From assembly GCA_021805805.1 (NCBI GenBank), contig JAJZEB010000004.1, positions 1,218 through 65,217 on the forward strand: a stretch of 64,000 nt of DNA, given 5' to 3'. The notes under the pieces were generated by a model. It did no database searches. It was not told the DNA's origin and saw only the letters and a program-made list of their open reading frames with translations. A program made the position numbers and the translations under genes. Origin of the DNA: Pseudomonadota bacterium. GTDB taxonomy: Bacteria > Pseudomonadota > Gammaproteobacteria > Burkholderiales > Burkholderiaceae_C. Below are positions 1 to 12,877 of the stretch, one piece after another; position 1 is the stretch's first letter; every line of letters starts with the position of its first letter.

Positions 1-906
1 CCCTGCCCGACCTATCCGGAAATCCGCTTGAGCTGGCGTCCGTACCGCGCGCTGCTGCAGCGGGTCAATGCCTTCAGCCCGGACGTGCTTCACGTCGCCA
101 CCGAAGGACCCCTGGGGCTGGCTGCGCGCCGCGTGGCGCGGCGCGTCGGCGTTCCGCTGACCACCGCCTACCACACGCGCTTTCCCGAATACGTCAAGGC
201 GCGCTTCGGCATCCCGCTGGCATGGACCTACGGCTACCTGCGCTGGTTCCACGGCGCAGCCCGAGTCACGCTGGTGCCCACTCCCGTCGTGCGCGCCGAT
301 CTCGCCGCCCGGGGTTTCGCGCGCCTGGCATTGTGGTCGCGCGGGGTCGACGGCGGCATTTTCCATCCGCGCAGCGTCCCGCGGCTCGAAGGCACGCCGC
401 CGATCTTCCTGTACGTCGGACGCGTCGCGGTGGAGAAGAACATCGACGCATTCCTGCGCCTGGATCTTCCGGGGACCAAGTGGGTCGTCGGCGAAGGCCC
501 CGATCTGGAACGCATCCGGCGCGAATACCCGGAGGTCCGGTTTCTCGGTGTCCTCACCCAGGACCGCCTGGCCGAGGTGTATTCAGGCGCCGACGTGTTC
601 GTCTTCCCCAGCCGCACCGACACTTTCGGGCTGGTGCTGATCGAGGCTCTGGCGTGCGGCTGCCCGGTCGCCGCGTACCCGGTGACCGGACCGCTCGACG
701 TCATCGGCGACGCGCCTGCCGGTGCGCTCGACGAAGACCTGCGCTCGGCCTGTCTGGCCGCGCTGCGCATCCCGCGGCACAATGCTGTCACGCACGCGCG
801 GCAATACACGTGGGAGAGGGCCACGACGCAGTTCCTGCAGTATTTGCGCCAGGCGGCGGCCGAGGTCTCGACCGACGACGCGCGCGCTGCCGCCTCCAGG
901 CACTGA
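1..906 (+). CDS. Glycosyltransferase family 4 (GT-B), 5'-truncated by the window edge
   Basis: Frame is open from base 1 (PCPTYPEIRL...). Contains HVATEGPLG, YVGRVAVEKN and DTFGLVLIEALACG (EX7E-type) GT4 motifs. Confidence 0.9.
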   Translation, partial: PCPTYPEIRLSWRPYRALLQRVNAFSPDVLHVATEGPLGLAARRVARRVGVPLTTAYHTRFPEYVKARFGIPLAWTYGYLRWFHGAARVTLVPTPVVRADLAARGFARLALWSRGVDGGIFHPRSVPRLEGTPPIFLYVGRVAVEKNIDAFLRLDLPGTKWVVGEGPDLERIRREYPEVRFLGVLTQDRLAEVYSGADVFVFPSRTDTFGLVLIEALACGCPVAAYPVTGPLDVIGDAPAGALDEDLRSACLAALRIPRHNAVTHARQYTWERATTQFLQYLRQAAAEVSTDDARAAASRH

Positions 907-917
907 CGCGCCCGACA

Positions 918-1298
918 TTGACCCCGCACCCCTACAAGAACAAGACCGGTCTGGCACGCGTCGCGCAAGCGCTGCGCAATTCGCACTGCGGACTGCGCAT
1001 GGCCCTGCGCACCGAGTCGGCATTCCGGCAGGAAGTCGCGCTGGCGCTGATTCTGCTTCCGCTCGGGATTTGGTTCGGCCGCGACGCGGTCGAGCGAGTG
1101 CTGCTCGACGGCGCGGTGCTGCAGGTGCTGATCGTCGAGCTGCTCAACACCGCGATCGAATACACGGTTGACCGCGTGTCCCTCGAATCCCACGAACTGA
1201 GCAAGACGGCCAAGGACCTCGGCAGCGCCGCGGTGCTGCTGAGCCTGCTGCTGTGCGCGCTGGTGTGGGCCTTGCTGCTGCTGCCGCAGCTGCGCTGA
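918..1298 (+). CDS. dgkA: Diacylglycerol kinase
   Basis: ESAFRQE, VELLNTAIEYTVD and AKDLGSAAV motifs. TTG start at 918 is inferred within ORF 222..1298. Confidence 0.9.
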   Translation: MTPHPYKNKTGLARVAQALRNSHCGLRMALRTESAFRQEVALALILLPLGIWFGRDAVERVLLDGAVLQVLIVELLNTAIEYTVDRVSLESHELSKTAKDLGSAAVLLSLLLCALVWALLLLPQLR

Positions 1299-1372
1299 GC
1301 CGTCCGCGCCGCGCCTGCTGCTACGCTAACGCCGACCGCGCCGCAGCGCGCACTATCGAAGCCGAGGCCGTC

Positions 1373-1957
1373 ATGCATGCCGTCTGTGTCTATTGTGGGT
1401 CGAGTCGCGGCCAGATCCCGGCGCACGGCGCGGCCGCGTCGGCGCTTGGCGCCGAACTGGCGCTGCGCGGGATGACCCTGATCTACGGTGGCGGCGGAGT
1501 CGGGCTGATGCGCGAGCTGGCCGATTCGGCGCTGCGTGCAGGCGCGCGGGTGGTCGGCGTGATCCCGCGCCTGCTGCTCGAACGCGAAGCCGGACACTCC
1601 GCACTGCGCGAGCTGCATGTGGTCGAGTCGATGCACGAGCGCAAGCGCATGATGGCCGATTTCGCCGACGGGTTCATCGCCCTGCCGGGCGGCCTCGGCA
1701 CCCTCGAGGAACTGTTCGAAGTCTGGACCTGGCGCCAGCTCGGCTACCACAACAAGCCTCTGGGCCTGCTCAATGTCGACGGCTATTTCGACACCCTGCT
1801 CGATTTCCTCGCGCAAGGCCACGAACAGGGCCTGATGCGCGCCGACGCCCTGGGCGCGCTGATCGTCGACCGCGACCCGGCACGACTGCTGTCGCGCATG
1901 GCCGCTGCGCAGCCGCTGCAGGACGATCCGTGGTGGACCATGCGCGAGCGGGTCTGA
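1373..1957 (+). CDS. LOG-family protein (TIGR00730-like, cytokinin riboside monophosphate phosphoribohydrolase family)
   Basis: VCVYCGSS, YGGGGVGLM and PGGLGTLEEL motifs. ATG at 1373. Confidence 0.9.
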   Translation: MHAVCVYCGSSRGQIPAHGAAASALGAELALRGMTLIYGGGGVGLMRELADSALRAGARVVGVIPRLLLEREAGHSALRELHVVESMHERKRMMADFADGFIALPGGLGTLEELFEVWTWRQLGYHNKPLGLLNVDGYFDTLLDFLAQGHEQGLMRADALGALIVDRDPARLLSRMAAAQPLQDDPWWTMRERV

Positions 1958-2005
1958 GCGCGGACGCCGCGGCGGGCGCCGGCCGGCGCCCGCGTCACGC
2001 GCCGG

Positions 2006-2380
<375 letters not shown>

Positions 2381-2429
2381 TTAGCAGGCCGCCGAAAGCC
2401 TTGAGGGTGCACGGGCGCAGCGTCTTCCA

Positions 2430-4118
2430 TCAGTCGATCATGCTGTGCTCGTCTTCGCGCCAGTGCGAGGTGACCGGGAAGCGCCAGTCGCGACCGAACG
2501 CGCGGTGCGTGATGCGCACGCCCGGAGGCGCCTGGCGCCGCTTGTATTCGTTGATGCGCACCAGCCGCAGCACCTGCGCGACGACCGCGCGCGGCGCACC
2601 GGCCTCGATCAGCTGGCGCGGGCTGGCATCGTTTTCCAGGTAAGCCTCGAGCAGAGCGTCGAGCTGGTCGTACGGCGGCAGGCTGTCCTGGTCGGTCTGG
2701 TCCGGGCGCAACTCGGCCGACGGCGGCCGCGTGATGATGCGCTCGGGAATCACCTCGGCCTCGCCTGCGGCCTGCGCCTGCGCGTTGCGCCAGCGCGCCA
2801 GCTGCCAGACCAGGGTCTTGGTCACGTCCTTGATGACCGCGAAGCCGCCGGCCATGTCGCCGTACAGCGTGCAGTAGCCGGTCGCCATCTCGCTCTTGTT
2901 GCCGGTGGTCAGCACGATGGCGCCGCTGTTGTTCGACAGCGCCATCAGCAAGGTGCCGCGAATCCGCGCCTGCAGGTTCTCCTCGGTGGTGTCGCCGTCG
3001 CGCGCTTCCAGCAGCGGTCGCAGCGTGGCGCGGAAGGCGTCGAACATCGGCCCGATGTCGAGCAGCTCGTGGCGCACGCCCAGGCGCTGCGCCATCTGCG
3101 CCGCATCGTCGAGCGACATCTGCGCGGTGTACGGCGACGGCATCATCACCGTGCGCACCCGCGACGCGCCCAGCGCGTCGACCGCCACCGCGAGCACCAG
3201 CGCCGAATCGACACCGCCGGACAGCCCGATGATGACCCCGGGGAAGCCGTTCTTGTCCACGTAGTCGCGCGTGCCCAGCACCAGCGCGCGCCAGGCCTGC
3301 GCCTCGCGCGGCAGCATCGGCGCCGTCGGCCCGGCAAGCGGCCGCGCGCCGTCGAACGCCACCAGCAGCAGCGCCGGCTCGAACTGCGGCGCGCGGGCCA
3401 CGGTGCGGCCGTCGGCGTCGAGCGCGAACGAGCCGCCGTCGAACACCAGTTCGTCCTGGCCGCCGACGCCGTGCGCGAACACCAGCGCCAATCCGGTCTC
3501 GCGGCAGCGCTGCGCCATCACCGCCTCGCGCATGCCGGCCTTGCCGAGGTGGAACGGCGACGCGTTGAGCACCAGCAGCACCTCGGCGCCGGCCGCGCGC
3601 GCACGTCGCGGCGCCTCGGCGAACCAGGCGTCCTCGCAGATGTTGATGCCGCAGCGAACGCCACCGACCTCGAACACCACCGGTTCGCCGACGCTGGTGA
3701 AGTAACGGCGTTCGTCGAACACCTGGTAGTTCGGCAGCTCGAGCTTGCCGTAGGTCGCCTCGACGCGACCGTCGCGCAGCAGCGAGGCGGCGTTCCAGCG
3801 CAGCGGCTGCTGGGTCGCGGTGGTGCGCAGATCGGCGTGCGCGCCGGGCGCATGCGGGTGGCCGACGACCACGGCCAAACCTGGATACGCTTGCAGCTCC
3901 TGCGCCAGACGTTTCAATTCGTCCGCACAGGCACGAATGAACGCAGGGCGCAGCAACAGGTCCTCGGGCGGGTAGCCGCACAGCGCCATCTCCGGCGTGA
4001 GCAGCAGTGCGGCCCCGCAGGCATGGGCGCGCGCAGCCTGCGCGACGATGGCGCGACGGTTGGCGGCGAGATCGCCGACCGTGGCGTCGAACTGGGCGAT
4101 GGCAATGGACAGTGGCAT
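2430..4118 (-). CDS. nadE: Glutamine-dependent NAD+ synthetase
   Basis: N-terminal nitrilase-type domain (TPEM, K-LPNY-VFDE-RYF, ICED) plus synthetase domain (GLSGGVDS, ENLQARIRG, TGNKSE). ATG at 4118. Confidence 0.95.
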   Translation of the reverse strand: MPLSIAIAQFDATVGDLAANRRAIVAQAARAHACGAALLLTPEMALCGYPPEDLLLRPAFIRACADELKRLAQELQAYPGLAVVVGHPHAPGAHADLRTTATQQPLRWNAASLLRDGRVEATYGKLELPNYQVFDERRYFTSVGEPVVFEVGGVRCGINICEDAWFAEAPRRARAAGAEVLLVLNASPFHLGKAGMREAVMAQRCRETGLALVFAHGVGGQDELVFDGGSFALDADGRTVARAPQFEPALLLVAFDGARPLAGPTAPMLPREAQAWRALVLGTRDYVDKNGFPGVIIGLSGGVDSALVLAVAVDALGASRVRTVMMPSPYTAQMSLDDAAQMAQRLGVRHELLDIGPMFDAFRATLRPLLEARDGDTTEENLQARIRGTLLMALSNNSGAIVLTTGNKSEMATGYCTLYGDMAGGFAVIKDVTKTLVWQLARWRNAQAQAAGEAEVIPERIITRPPSAELRPDQTDQDSLPPYDQLDALLEAYLENDASPRQLIEAGAPRAVVAQVLRLVRINEYKRRQAPPGVRITHRAFGRDWRFPVTSHWREDEHSMID

Positions 4119-5268
4119 GGGTGAGCATTTTCGCATCGAGCTCGGAGGCGGGGTCACCGAGATCGACGCACAGCAGTGGGACGCGCTGGTCGACGCGACG
4201 CCGCAGACCACGGTGTTCCAGCGCCACGCCTGGCTGGCCGCGCTGCAGCACCACGGCTGCGTGCAACCGCAGCGCGGCTGGCAGCCGCTGCTGCTGACGC
4301 TGCGCGACAACGACGGCGCGCTGGCCGCGGCCTGCGAGCTGTATGCCAAGGGGCATTCGTTCGGCGAGTACGTGTTCGACTGGGCGTGGGCCGACGCCCA
4401 CGAGCGCTGCGGCGTGGCCTACTACCCGAAACTGCTGCTGGCCACGCCGTTCACCCCGGTGCGCGGCGCCCGGTTGCTCGGCCGCGACCTCGCGGCGCGG
4501 CGCGCGCTGCTCGACGCCGTGCTCGGATTGGCCCGCCGCAGCGGCGTGTCGTCGCTGCACCTGCTGTTCCTGGCCGACGCCGAGCGCGATCTGTGCGCGC
4601 AGGCCGGGCTGGCGCTGCGCACCACCATCCAGTACCACTGGAGCCAGCCGGACGGCGGCTGGATCGACTTCGACGACTTCCTGCGCTCGCTGAACCACGA
4701 CAAGCGCAAGAAGATCCGCCAGGAGCGGAGCCGGCTCGACGCAATCGTCTTCCGCCGCCTGTCCGGGCACACCGCCGGCGACGCCGACTGGGCGCTGTTC
4801 GCGCGCTGCTACCGCCGCACCTATGCGCTGCACGGCTCGACGCCGTACCTGAACCTTGGCTTCTTCCGCGCCGTGGCCGCAGCGCTTCCCGACCACGTGC
4901 TGCTGCTGGTGGCCAGCCGCGACGGGGTCGACATCGCCAGTTCGCTGGTGCTGCTCGACCCCGCGACGGGCCAGGCCTGGGGCCGCTACTGGGGCGCGCT
5001 CGAGGACGTGCCGAACCTGCACTTCGAGGCGTGCTACTACCAGCCGATCGCCTATTGCATCGAACACGGCTACCGCGTCTTCGAGGGCGGCGCGCAGGGC
5101 CGGCACAAGATGGCGCGCGGGCTGCTGCCGGTGTCGTGCACCTCGGCGCACTGGATCGCCGAGCCACGGCTGGCCGAGGCCATCGCGCGCCACCTCGACG
5201 GCGAGACGCAGGCCATGGACGACGCGCTCGACGAACTCGCCGAGCACGCGCCGTTCCGGCGCGACTGA
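4117..5268 (+). CDS. GNAT/FemAB-like protein (DUF482-type peptidoglycan biosynthesis/recognition family)
   Basis: KGHSFGEYVFDWAWA, YYPKL...PFTP, GRYWGA, LHFEACYYQ and FEGGAQGRHK motifs. Start uncertain (4099 or 4117). Confidence 0.85.
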   Translation: MGEHFRIELGGGVTEIDAQQWDALVDATPQTTVFQRHAWLAALQHHGCVQPQRGWQPLLLTLRDNDGALAAACELYAKGHSFGEYVFDWAWADAHERCGVAYYPKLLLATPFTPVRGARLLGRDLAARRALLDAVLGLARRSGVSSLHLLFLADAERDLCAQAGLALRTTIQYHWSQPDGGWIDFDDFLRSLNHDKRKKIRQERSRLDAIVFRRLSGHTAGDADWALFARCYRRTYALHGSTPYLNLGFFRAVAAALPDHVLLLVASRDGVDIASSLVLLDPATGQAWGRYWGALEDVPNLHFEACYYQPIAYCIEHGYRVFEGGAQGRHKMARGLLPVSCTSAHWIAEPRLAEAIARHLDGETQAMDDALDELAEHAPFRRD

Positions 5269-5284
5269 GCGCCTGCGCCGCGCC

Positions 5285-5774
5285 TCAGTCGGCGGCGCGC
5301 GGCTCCAGCCGTGCGCGCAGATGCGCCAGCAGGCCGCGGCAGCCCAGCTCGAGCAGGTCGAGCACGCGCTCGAAGCCGGCTGCGCCGCCGTAGTACGGAT
5401 CGGGCACCTCGGCGCTGCCGGCCGCCGGCGCGAAACTCATCAGCAACCGCAGCCGCGACTGCAGCGGCACCGGGCACAACGCGCGCAGCCGCGCCAGGTT
5501 GTCGCGGTCCATCGCCAGCACCAGATCGAAGCGATCGAAGTCGGCCACCTCGACCTGGCGCGCGCGCAGCGCGGCGATGTCGTAGCCGCGCCGCGCGGCG
5601 TGCGCCAGCGCGCGCCGGTCGGGCGGCTCGCCGACGTGATAGGCGTGCGTGCCGGCCGAGTCGACGCGCACCGCGTGCTGCAAGCCGGCAGCGACCAGCT
5701 GCGCGCGCAGCACGCCTTCGGCCGACGGCGAGCGGCAGATGTTGCCCATGCAGCACATCAGCACCGCCAGCGGC

Positions 5775-5782
<8 letters not shown>
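5285..5782 (-). CDS. Low-molecular-weight protein-tyrosine phosphatase
   Basis: CMGNICRS P-loop and DPYYG motif. Confidence 0.93.
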
Positions 5783-7865
<2,083 letters not shown>

Positions 7866-7908
7866 GGACGGTCCGGACGGGAGTGGCTGGGCGTTGCGCA
7901 TCCCCGAC

Positions 7909-7935
7909 ATATGGGGGCGGATGGCCGAAGGCAAG
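7909..7935 (-). promoter_or_regulatory. Putative sigma32 (RpoH)-type promoter upstream of uvrB
   Basis: Minus strand reads CTTGCC-N13-CCCCATAT; consensus is CTTGAA-N13/14-CCCCATNT. Confidence 0.45.
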
Positions 7936-8060
7936 GCAGACCGCCGACCGCGACCGGCCTAAAATCGAATGCTTTCCGGCGAATCCGACGCGAACTGGAC
8001 TTCAACCGTCGCATTTTGCGCCGCCCGCACAGATCCCGTTCATTCCCGACAGACCCCCAC

Positions 8061-9266
8061 ATGAGTGCTTCGCTTTTCGCCAGCGTGGAAATGGCCCCGC
8101 GCGACCCCATCCTCGGTCTCAACGAGCAATTCCAGGCCGACTCCAATCCGGACAAGGTCAACCTCGGCGTCGGCGTGTACACCGACGAAAACGGCAAGCT
8201 GCCGCTGCTGGCCTGCGTCAAGGAAGCCGAGAACCTGCTCGCCGAGTCGCCCAAGCCGCGCGGCTACCTGCCGATCGACGGCATCGTGGCCTACGATCAG
8301 GCGGTGCAGGCGCTGGTGTTCGGCGCCGGCAGCGACGTGCTGCAGGCCGGACGCGTGGTCACCGCGCAGGCGCTCGGCGGCACCGGCGGGCTCAAGCTCG
8401 GCGCCGACTTCCTGCGCCGCCTGCGGCCGCAGGCGCGGGCGCTGATCTCGGACCCGAGCTGGGAAAACCATCGCGCACTGTTCGAGGCCGCCGGTTTCGA
8501 CGTCGGCACCTATCCGTACTACGACGCCGCGCGCCGCGGAATCGATTTCGACGCCATGCTCGGCGCGCTGCAGCAGGCAGCTCCCGGCACGATCGTCGTG
8601 CTGCATGCGTGCTGCCACAACCCGACCGGCTACGACCTCGACGGCGCGCAGTGGCAACAGGTCATCGACGCCGTGAAGGCGCGCGGCCTGGTCGCGTTCC
8701 TCGACATGGCCTACCAGGGTTTCGGCGAGGGCATCGCCGAGGATGGAGCCGTGATCCGCAAGTTCGTCGACAGCGGCCTGGACTTCTTCGTCGCCACGTC
8801 GTTCTCGAAGAGCTTCTCGCTGTACGGCGAACGCGTCGGCGCGCTCAGCATCGTCTGCGCCGACCGCGACGAGGCAGCGCGCGTGCAGTCGCAGATCAAG
8901 CGCGTGATCCGCACCAACTACTCGAACCCGCCGACGCACGGCGCCCAGGTCGTCGCCATGGTGCTGAACACCCCGGCGCTGCGCGCGCAGTGGGAGCAGG
9001 AACTGGCGACCATGCGCGAACGCATCCGTGGCATGCGCACCGCGCTGGTCGAGCGGCTGAAGGCGCACGGCGTCGACGCCGACCTGAGCTTCATCACCCG
9101 GCAGAAAGGCATGTTCAGCTACTCCGGGCTGAATGCCGCGCAAATGTCGCGTCTGCGCGACGAATTCGGCATCTATGGGGTCTCCAGCGGCCGCATCTGC
9201 GTGGCCGCGCTGAACGGTCACAACGTCGACTACGTCGCCCGCGCAATGGCCACCGTGATGCGTTGA
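8061..9266 (+). CDS. tyrB: Aromatic amino acid/aspartate aminotransferase (class I, PLP)
   Basis: APRDPILGL, LHACCHNPTG, DMAYQGF and SFSKSFSLYGERVG motifs. Confidence 0.9.
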   Translation: MSASLFASVEMAPRDPILGLNEQFQADSNPDKVNLGVGVYTDENGKLPLLACVKEAENLLAESPKPRGYLPIDGIVAYDQAVQALVFGAGSDVLQAGRVVTAQALGGTGGLKLGADFLRRLRPQARALISDPSWENHRALFEAAGFDVGTYPYYDAARRGIDFDAMLGALQQAAPGTIVVLHACCHNPTGYDLDGAQWQQVIDAVKARGLVAFLDMAYQGFGEGIAEDGAVIRKFVDSGLDFFVATSFSKSFSLYGERVGALSIVCADRDEAARVQSQIKRVIRTNYSNPPTHGAQVVAMVLNTPALRAQWEQELATMRERIRGMRTALVERLKAHGVDADLSFITRQKGMFSYSGLNAAQMSRLRDEFGIYGVSSGRICVAALNGHNVDYVARAMATVMR

Positions 9267-9332
9267 GCCACCACCCGGCGCCAAACGGCACCGGGCGGTA
9301 CAATTGCTGCAACGCATCAGGGAGGGCGGGGG

Positions 9333-10607
9333 ATGGTTTACGACTGGTACGAATCGCAACGCGCGATGCTCAGCCCGCTGGCGGATTTCGCTCAGGCGGC
9401 GTCGAAGTTCTACACGAACCCGCTGTGGCCGCTGGCGCACACGCCGGCCGCGCACCGGCTGTCGGCCAGCTACGAGCTGATGCACCGGCTGCTGAAGAAT
9501 TACGAAAAGCCGCCGTTCGACATCACGCGGGTGGCGGTCGGCGGGCGCGAAGTCGCGGTGCAGGAGCAGCTCGCGCTGGCCAAGCCGTTCTGCCGGCTGC
9601 TGCGCTTCAAGCGCTACACCGACGACCCGCAGACCCTCGAGCTGATGAAGACCCAGCCGACGGTGCTGATCGTGGCGCCGCTGTCCGGGCACCACGCCAC
9701 GCTGCTGCGCGATACCGTGCGCACCATGCTGCAGGACCACAAGGTGTACATCACCGACTGGATCGACGCGCGCATGGTGCCGCTCGAACAGGGCCGCTTC
9801 TCGCTCGACGACTATGTCGACTACGTACGCGAGTTCCTGCGCCTCGTCGGCCCCGACGTGCACGTGATGTCGGTGTGCCAGCCGACCGTCCCGGTGCTGG
9901 CGGCGATTTCGCTGATGGCCTCGGACGGCGAGGCCACGCCGCGCTCGATGACCATGATGGGCGGACCGATCGATGCGCGCAAGTCGCCGACCGCGGTCAA
10001 CAACCTGGCGATGAACAAGAGCCACGAATGGTTCGAGTCCAACGTCATCTATCGCGTGCCGGTCAATTACCCGGGAGCCGGAAGGCGGGTCTACCCCGGT
10101 TTCCTGCAGCACACCGGATTCATGGCGATGAACCCGGACCGGCACATGAAGTCGCACTACGACTTCTTCCTCGACCTGATCCGCGGCGACGACGACGACG
10201 CCGACGCCCACCGCCGCTTCTACGACGAGTACAACGCCGTGCTCGACATGGACGCCGACTACTACCTCGACACCATCGATGTCGTATTCCAGCGCTTCGC
10301 GCTGGTCAACGGCGACTGGCGGGTCGACGGCAAGCCGGTACGGCCGCAGGACATCCGCGACACCGCGCTGCTGACCATCGAGGGCGAGCTCGACGACATT
10401 TCGGGTGCCGGGCAGACCGCCGCGGCGCACGATCTGTGCACGGCGATTCCGCAGACCGACCGCGCGCACTACACGGTAACGGGTGCCGGCCATTACGGCA
10501 TCTTCTCGGGCCGCCGCTGGCGCGCGCTGGTCTATCCGCGGGTGCGCGACTTCATCGCCGCGCATCGCGACGGCGCGCGGCAGCCTGCGCCGCTCAAGCG
10601 CGCCTGA
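9333..10607 (+). CDS. phaZ: Intracellular polyhydroxyalkanoate depolymerase
   Basis: [43 protein letters not shown] and GHYGIFSG motifs. Confidence 0.92.
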   Translation: MVYDWYESQRAMLSPLADFAQAASKFYTNPLWPLAHTPAAHRLSASYELMHRLLKNYEKPPFDITRVAVGGREVAVQEQLALAKPFCRLLRFKRYTDDPQTLELMKTQPTVLIVAPLSGHHATLLRDTVRTMLQDHKVYITDWIDARMVPLEQGRFSLDDYVDYVREFLRLVGPDVHVMSVCQPTVPVLAAISLMASDGEATPRSMTMMGGPIDARKSPTAVNNLAMNKSHEWFESNVIYRVPVNYPGAGRRVYPGFLQHTGFMAMNPDRHMKSHYDFFLDLIRGDDDDADAHRRFYDEYNAVLDMDADYYLDTIDVVFQRFALVNGDWRVDGKPVRPQDIRDTALLTIEGELDDISGAGQTAAAHDLCTAIPQTDRAHYTVTGAGHYGIFSGRRWRALVYPRVRDFIAAHRDGARQPAPLKRA

Positions 10608-10617
10608 TCCCGGCCCG

Positions 10618-11229
10618 ATGCTGCCCGGTCTGGCCGAGCGCATCGATGCGGCGCTGCCGCAGACGCAGTGCACGCGCTGCGGTTATGCGGACTGCCGCGC
10701 GTATGCCGAAGCGGTGGCCGAAGGCAGCGCGGCAATCAATCGCTGCCCGCCGGGCGGCGCCGAGGGAGTCGCGCGGCTTGCCGCGCTGACCGGACGCGAG
10801 CCCGCGCCGCTCGACGCGCAATGCGGTGCCGAGGCTGCTCTGCGCATCGCCCACATCGACGAGACCGGCTGCATCGGCTGCACGCTGTGTCTGCGCGCGT
10901 GCCCGGTCGACGCCATCGCCGGGGCGCGCCGGCGCATGCACACCGTGGTCGCGGACTGGTGCACCGGCTGCGCGCTGTGCGTGGCGCCGTGCCCGACCGA
11001 CTGCATCAGCCTGCTGCCGCCGGCGTCGACGGCCACCGGCTGGGCGGCGTGGAGCGCCGAGCAGGCCGACGCCGCGCGTGCACGCCACGCGCGCCGCGCC
11101 GCGCGCCTGGCGCGCGCGCAGGCGCTGCGCGAACAGCGCCTGCGCGCACTGACGCCGACGCCTGCGGTCGACCCGGCGCTGCTCGCCGCAGCGATCGAGC
11201 GCGCGCGCCGCCGCCAGGCCGCGCGCTGA
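10618..11229 (+). CDS. rnfB: RnfB/RsxB-like Fe-S electron transport protein
   Basis: [14 protein letters not shown]...CPPGG plus two CxxCxxCxxxCP ferredoxin motifs; directly upstream of nth. Confidence 0.88.
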   Translation: MLPGLAERIDAALPQTQCTRCGYADCRAYAEAVAEGSAAINRCPPGGAEGVARLAALTGREPAPLDAQCGAEAALRIAHIDETGCIGCTLCLRACPVDAIAGARRRMHTVVADWCTGCALCVAPCPTDCISLLPPASTATGWAAWSAEQADAARARHARRAARLARAQALREQRLRALTPTPAVDPALLAAAIERARRRQAAR

Positions 11230-11237
11230 CCCCGACG

Positions 11238-11882
11238 ATGCGGCGTCAGGACGTCGAAACCGTGTTCGCGCGGCTGCGCGCGGCCAATCCGAGTCCGCGC
11301 AGCGAGCTGCATTACCGCAACGCGTTCGAGTTGCTGATCGCGGTTCTGCTGTCGGCGCAGGCCACCGACGCCAGCGTCAACAAGGCCACGCCGGCATTGT
11401 TCGCCGCCGCCCCCGACGCGCGTGCGATGGCCGCGCTGGGCGCCGACGGAATCGCCGCGCACATCCGCTCGATCGGGCTGTACCGGACCAAGGCGAAGAA
11501 CGTCGCCGCGCTCAGCGAACTGCTGCTGCTGCACCACGGCGGACAGGTTCCCGACAACCGCGAAGCGCTCGAGGCACTCCCGGGAGTCGGCCGCAAGACC
11601 GCCAACGTGGTGCTCAACATCGCCTTCGGCCAGCCCACCCTTGCGGTCGATACGCATATCTTCCGCGTCGCCAACCGCCTTGGCCTGGCGCCCGGCAAGA
11701 CGCCGCTCGAAGTCGAGCAGCGTTTGCTGCGCGTGGTGCCGAAGGCCGACCTGCACGATGCGCACCACTGGCTGATCCTGCACGGACGCTATGTCTGCAA
11801 GGCGCGACGTCCCGAATGCTGGCGCTGCGCGCTCGCCGACCTGTGCCCGTACCAGCCCAAGTCGCAGCTGCCCACGGCATGA
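11238..11882 (+). CDS. nth: Endonuclease III
   Basis: LLSAQATD, HhH LPGVGRKTANV, VDTH and CKARRPECWRCALADLC Fe-S loop. Confidence 0.96.
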   Translation: MRRQDVETVFARLRAANPSPRSELHYRNAFELLIAVLLSAQATDASVNKATPALFAAAPDARAMAALGADGIAAHIRSIGLYRTKAKNVAALSELLLLHHGGQVPDNREALEALPGVGRKTANVVLNIAFGQPTLAVDTHIFRVANRLGLAPGKTPLEVEQRLLRVVPKADLHDAHHWLILHGRYVCKARRPECWRCALADLCPYQPKSQLPTA

Positions 11883-12877
11883 AACCGCGCCCTTCGTGCC
11901 GCAAGCGCGTGGCGCGCCAGCTGCGCGGCGCGCTGGCGCTGGCCGCCGCGTTGCTCGCCGCACCGGGATTCGCGGCTCCGATCCAGGTGCACGACGACGT
12001 CGGCAACCTGCTGCGGCTGCCGCAACCGGCGCGCCGCGTGGTGGCGCTGTCGCCGCAGCTGCGCGAACTGGCCGCAGCTGCGGGCGCGCCGCTGGTGGCC
12101 AGTGTGCGCGGCGCCGGCGGCGCGCCCACGTTGCCGCGGGTCGGTGATGCGTTCGCGCTGAACCTGGAAGCGATCGCCGCGTTGCACCCGGACCTCATCC
12201 TGGCCTGGCATTCGGGAACGCCGCCGCGACAGCGCGCTGCGCTGCGCGAACTCGGCGTTCCGGTGTTCTGGGCCGAAACCACGCAACTCGAGCAGGTCGC
12301 CGTCGACGTGCGCCGCATCGGTCGCCTCAGCGGCCATGCGCGACGCGCCGATGCATGGGCGGCCGCGTTCGATGCACGCCTGGCCGCGTTGCGCGCGCGC
12401 TATTCCGGACGGGCCCCGGTACGCGTGTTCTACCAGGTCTGGCCGCGACCGCTGATGACCGTCGGCGGCCCGCAACTGATCGACCGTGCGATCGCGCTGT
12501 GCGGCGGGGTCAACCCATTCGCAGCGCTGCGCCAGCCGGCGCCGGCGATCAGCCGCGAAGCGGTGCTGGCGGCCAACCCGCAGCTGATCGTCGACGCCAG
12601 CCCCGACGCGCATGCGCTCGACGCCTGGCGTCGCTTCGGCGACGTCGCCGCGGTGCGCCACGGCCAGCTGGTGCGCATCGACCCCGATTCGCTGCCGCGC
12701 ATGGGGAGCCGGGTTCTGGATGGCGTGGCACAGCTGTGCCAGGCGATCGATGTTGCGCGGCGTGCCGACGCGACCGCGAATGCGGCCCGCACGCCACGCG
12801 CGCTGCGCTCAGCTCAGGCCGGCACCCACAGCGCGGCACCGCCGTCGCGTGGCACCCGTTGCCAGGCACAACCGTAG
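11879..12877 (+). CDS. btuF: Periplasmic cobalamin/iron-chelate binding protein (BtuF-like)
   Basis: Signal-peptide-like N-terminus, RRVVALSP, NLEAIAALHPDLILAW, SREAVLAANPQLI. ATG overlaps the nth stop (ATGA). Confidence 0.75.
   Translation: MKPRPSCRKRVARQLRGALALAAALLAAPGFAAPIQVHDDVGNLLRLPQPARRVVALSPQLRELAAAAGAPLVASVRGAGGAPTLPRVGDAFALNLEAIAALHPDLILAWHSGTPPRQRAALRELGVPVFWAETTQLEQVAVDVRRIGRLSGHARRADAWAAAFDARLAALRARYSGRAPVRVFYQVWPRPLMTVGGPQLIDRAIALCGGVNPFAALRQPAPAISREAVLAANPQLIVDASPDAHALDAWRRFGDVAAVRHGQLVRIDPDSLPRMGSRVLDGVAQLCQAIDVARRADATANAARTPRALRSAQAGTHSAAPPSRGTRCQAQP

Noticed and set aside
10618-11229. Lone rnfB without the other rnf genes
   Set aside because: The rnfB-nth pair is a common conserved arrangement in betaproteobacteria.
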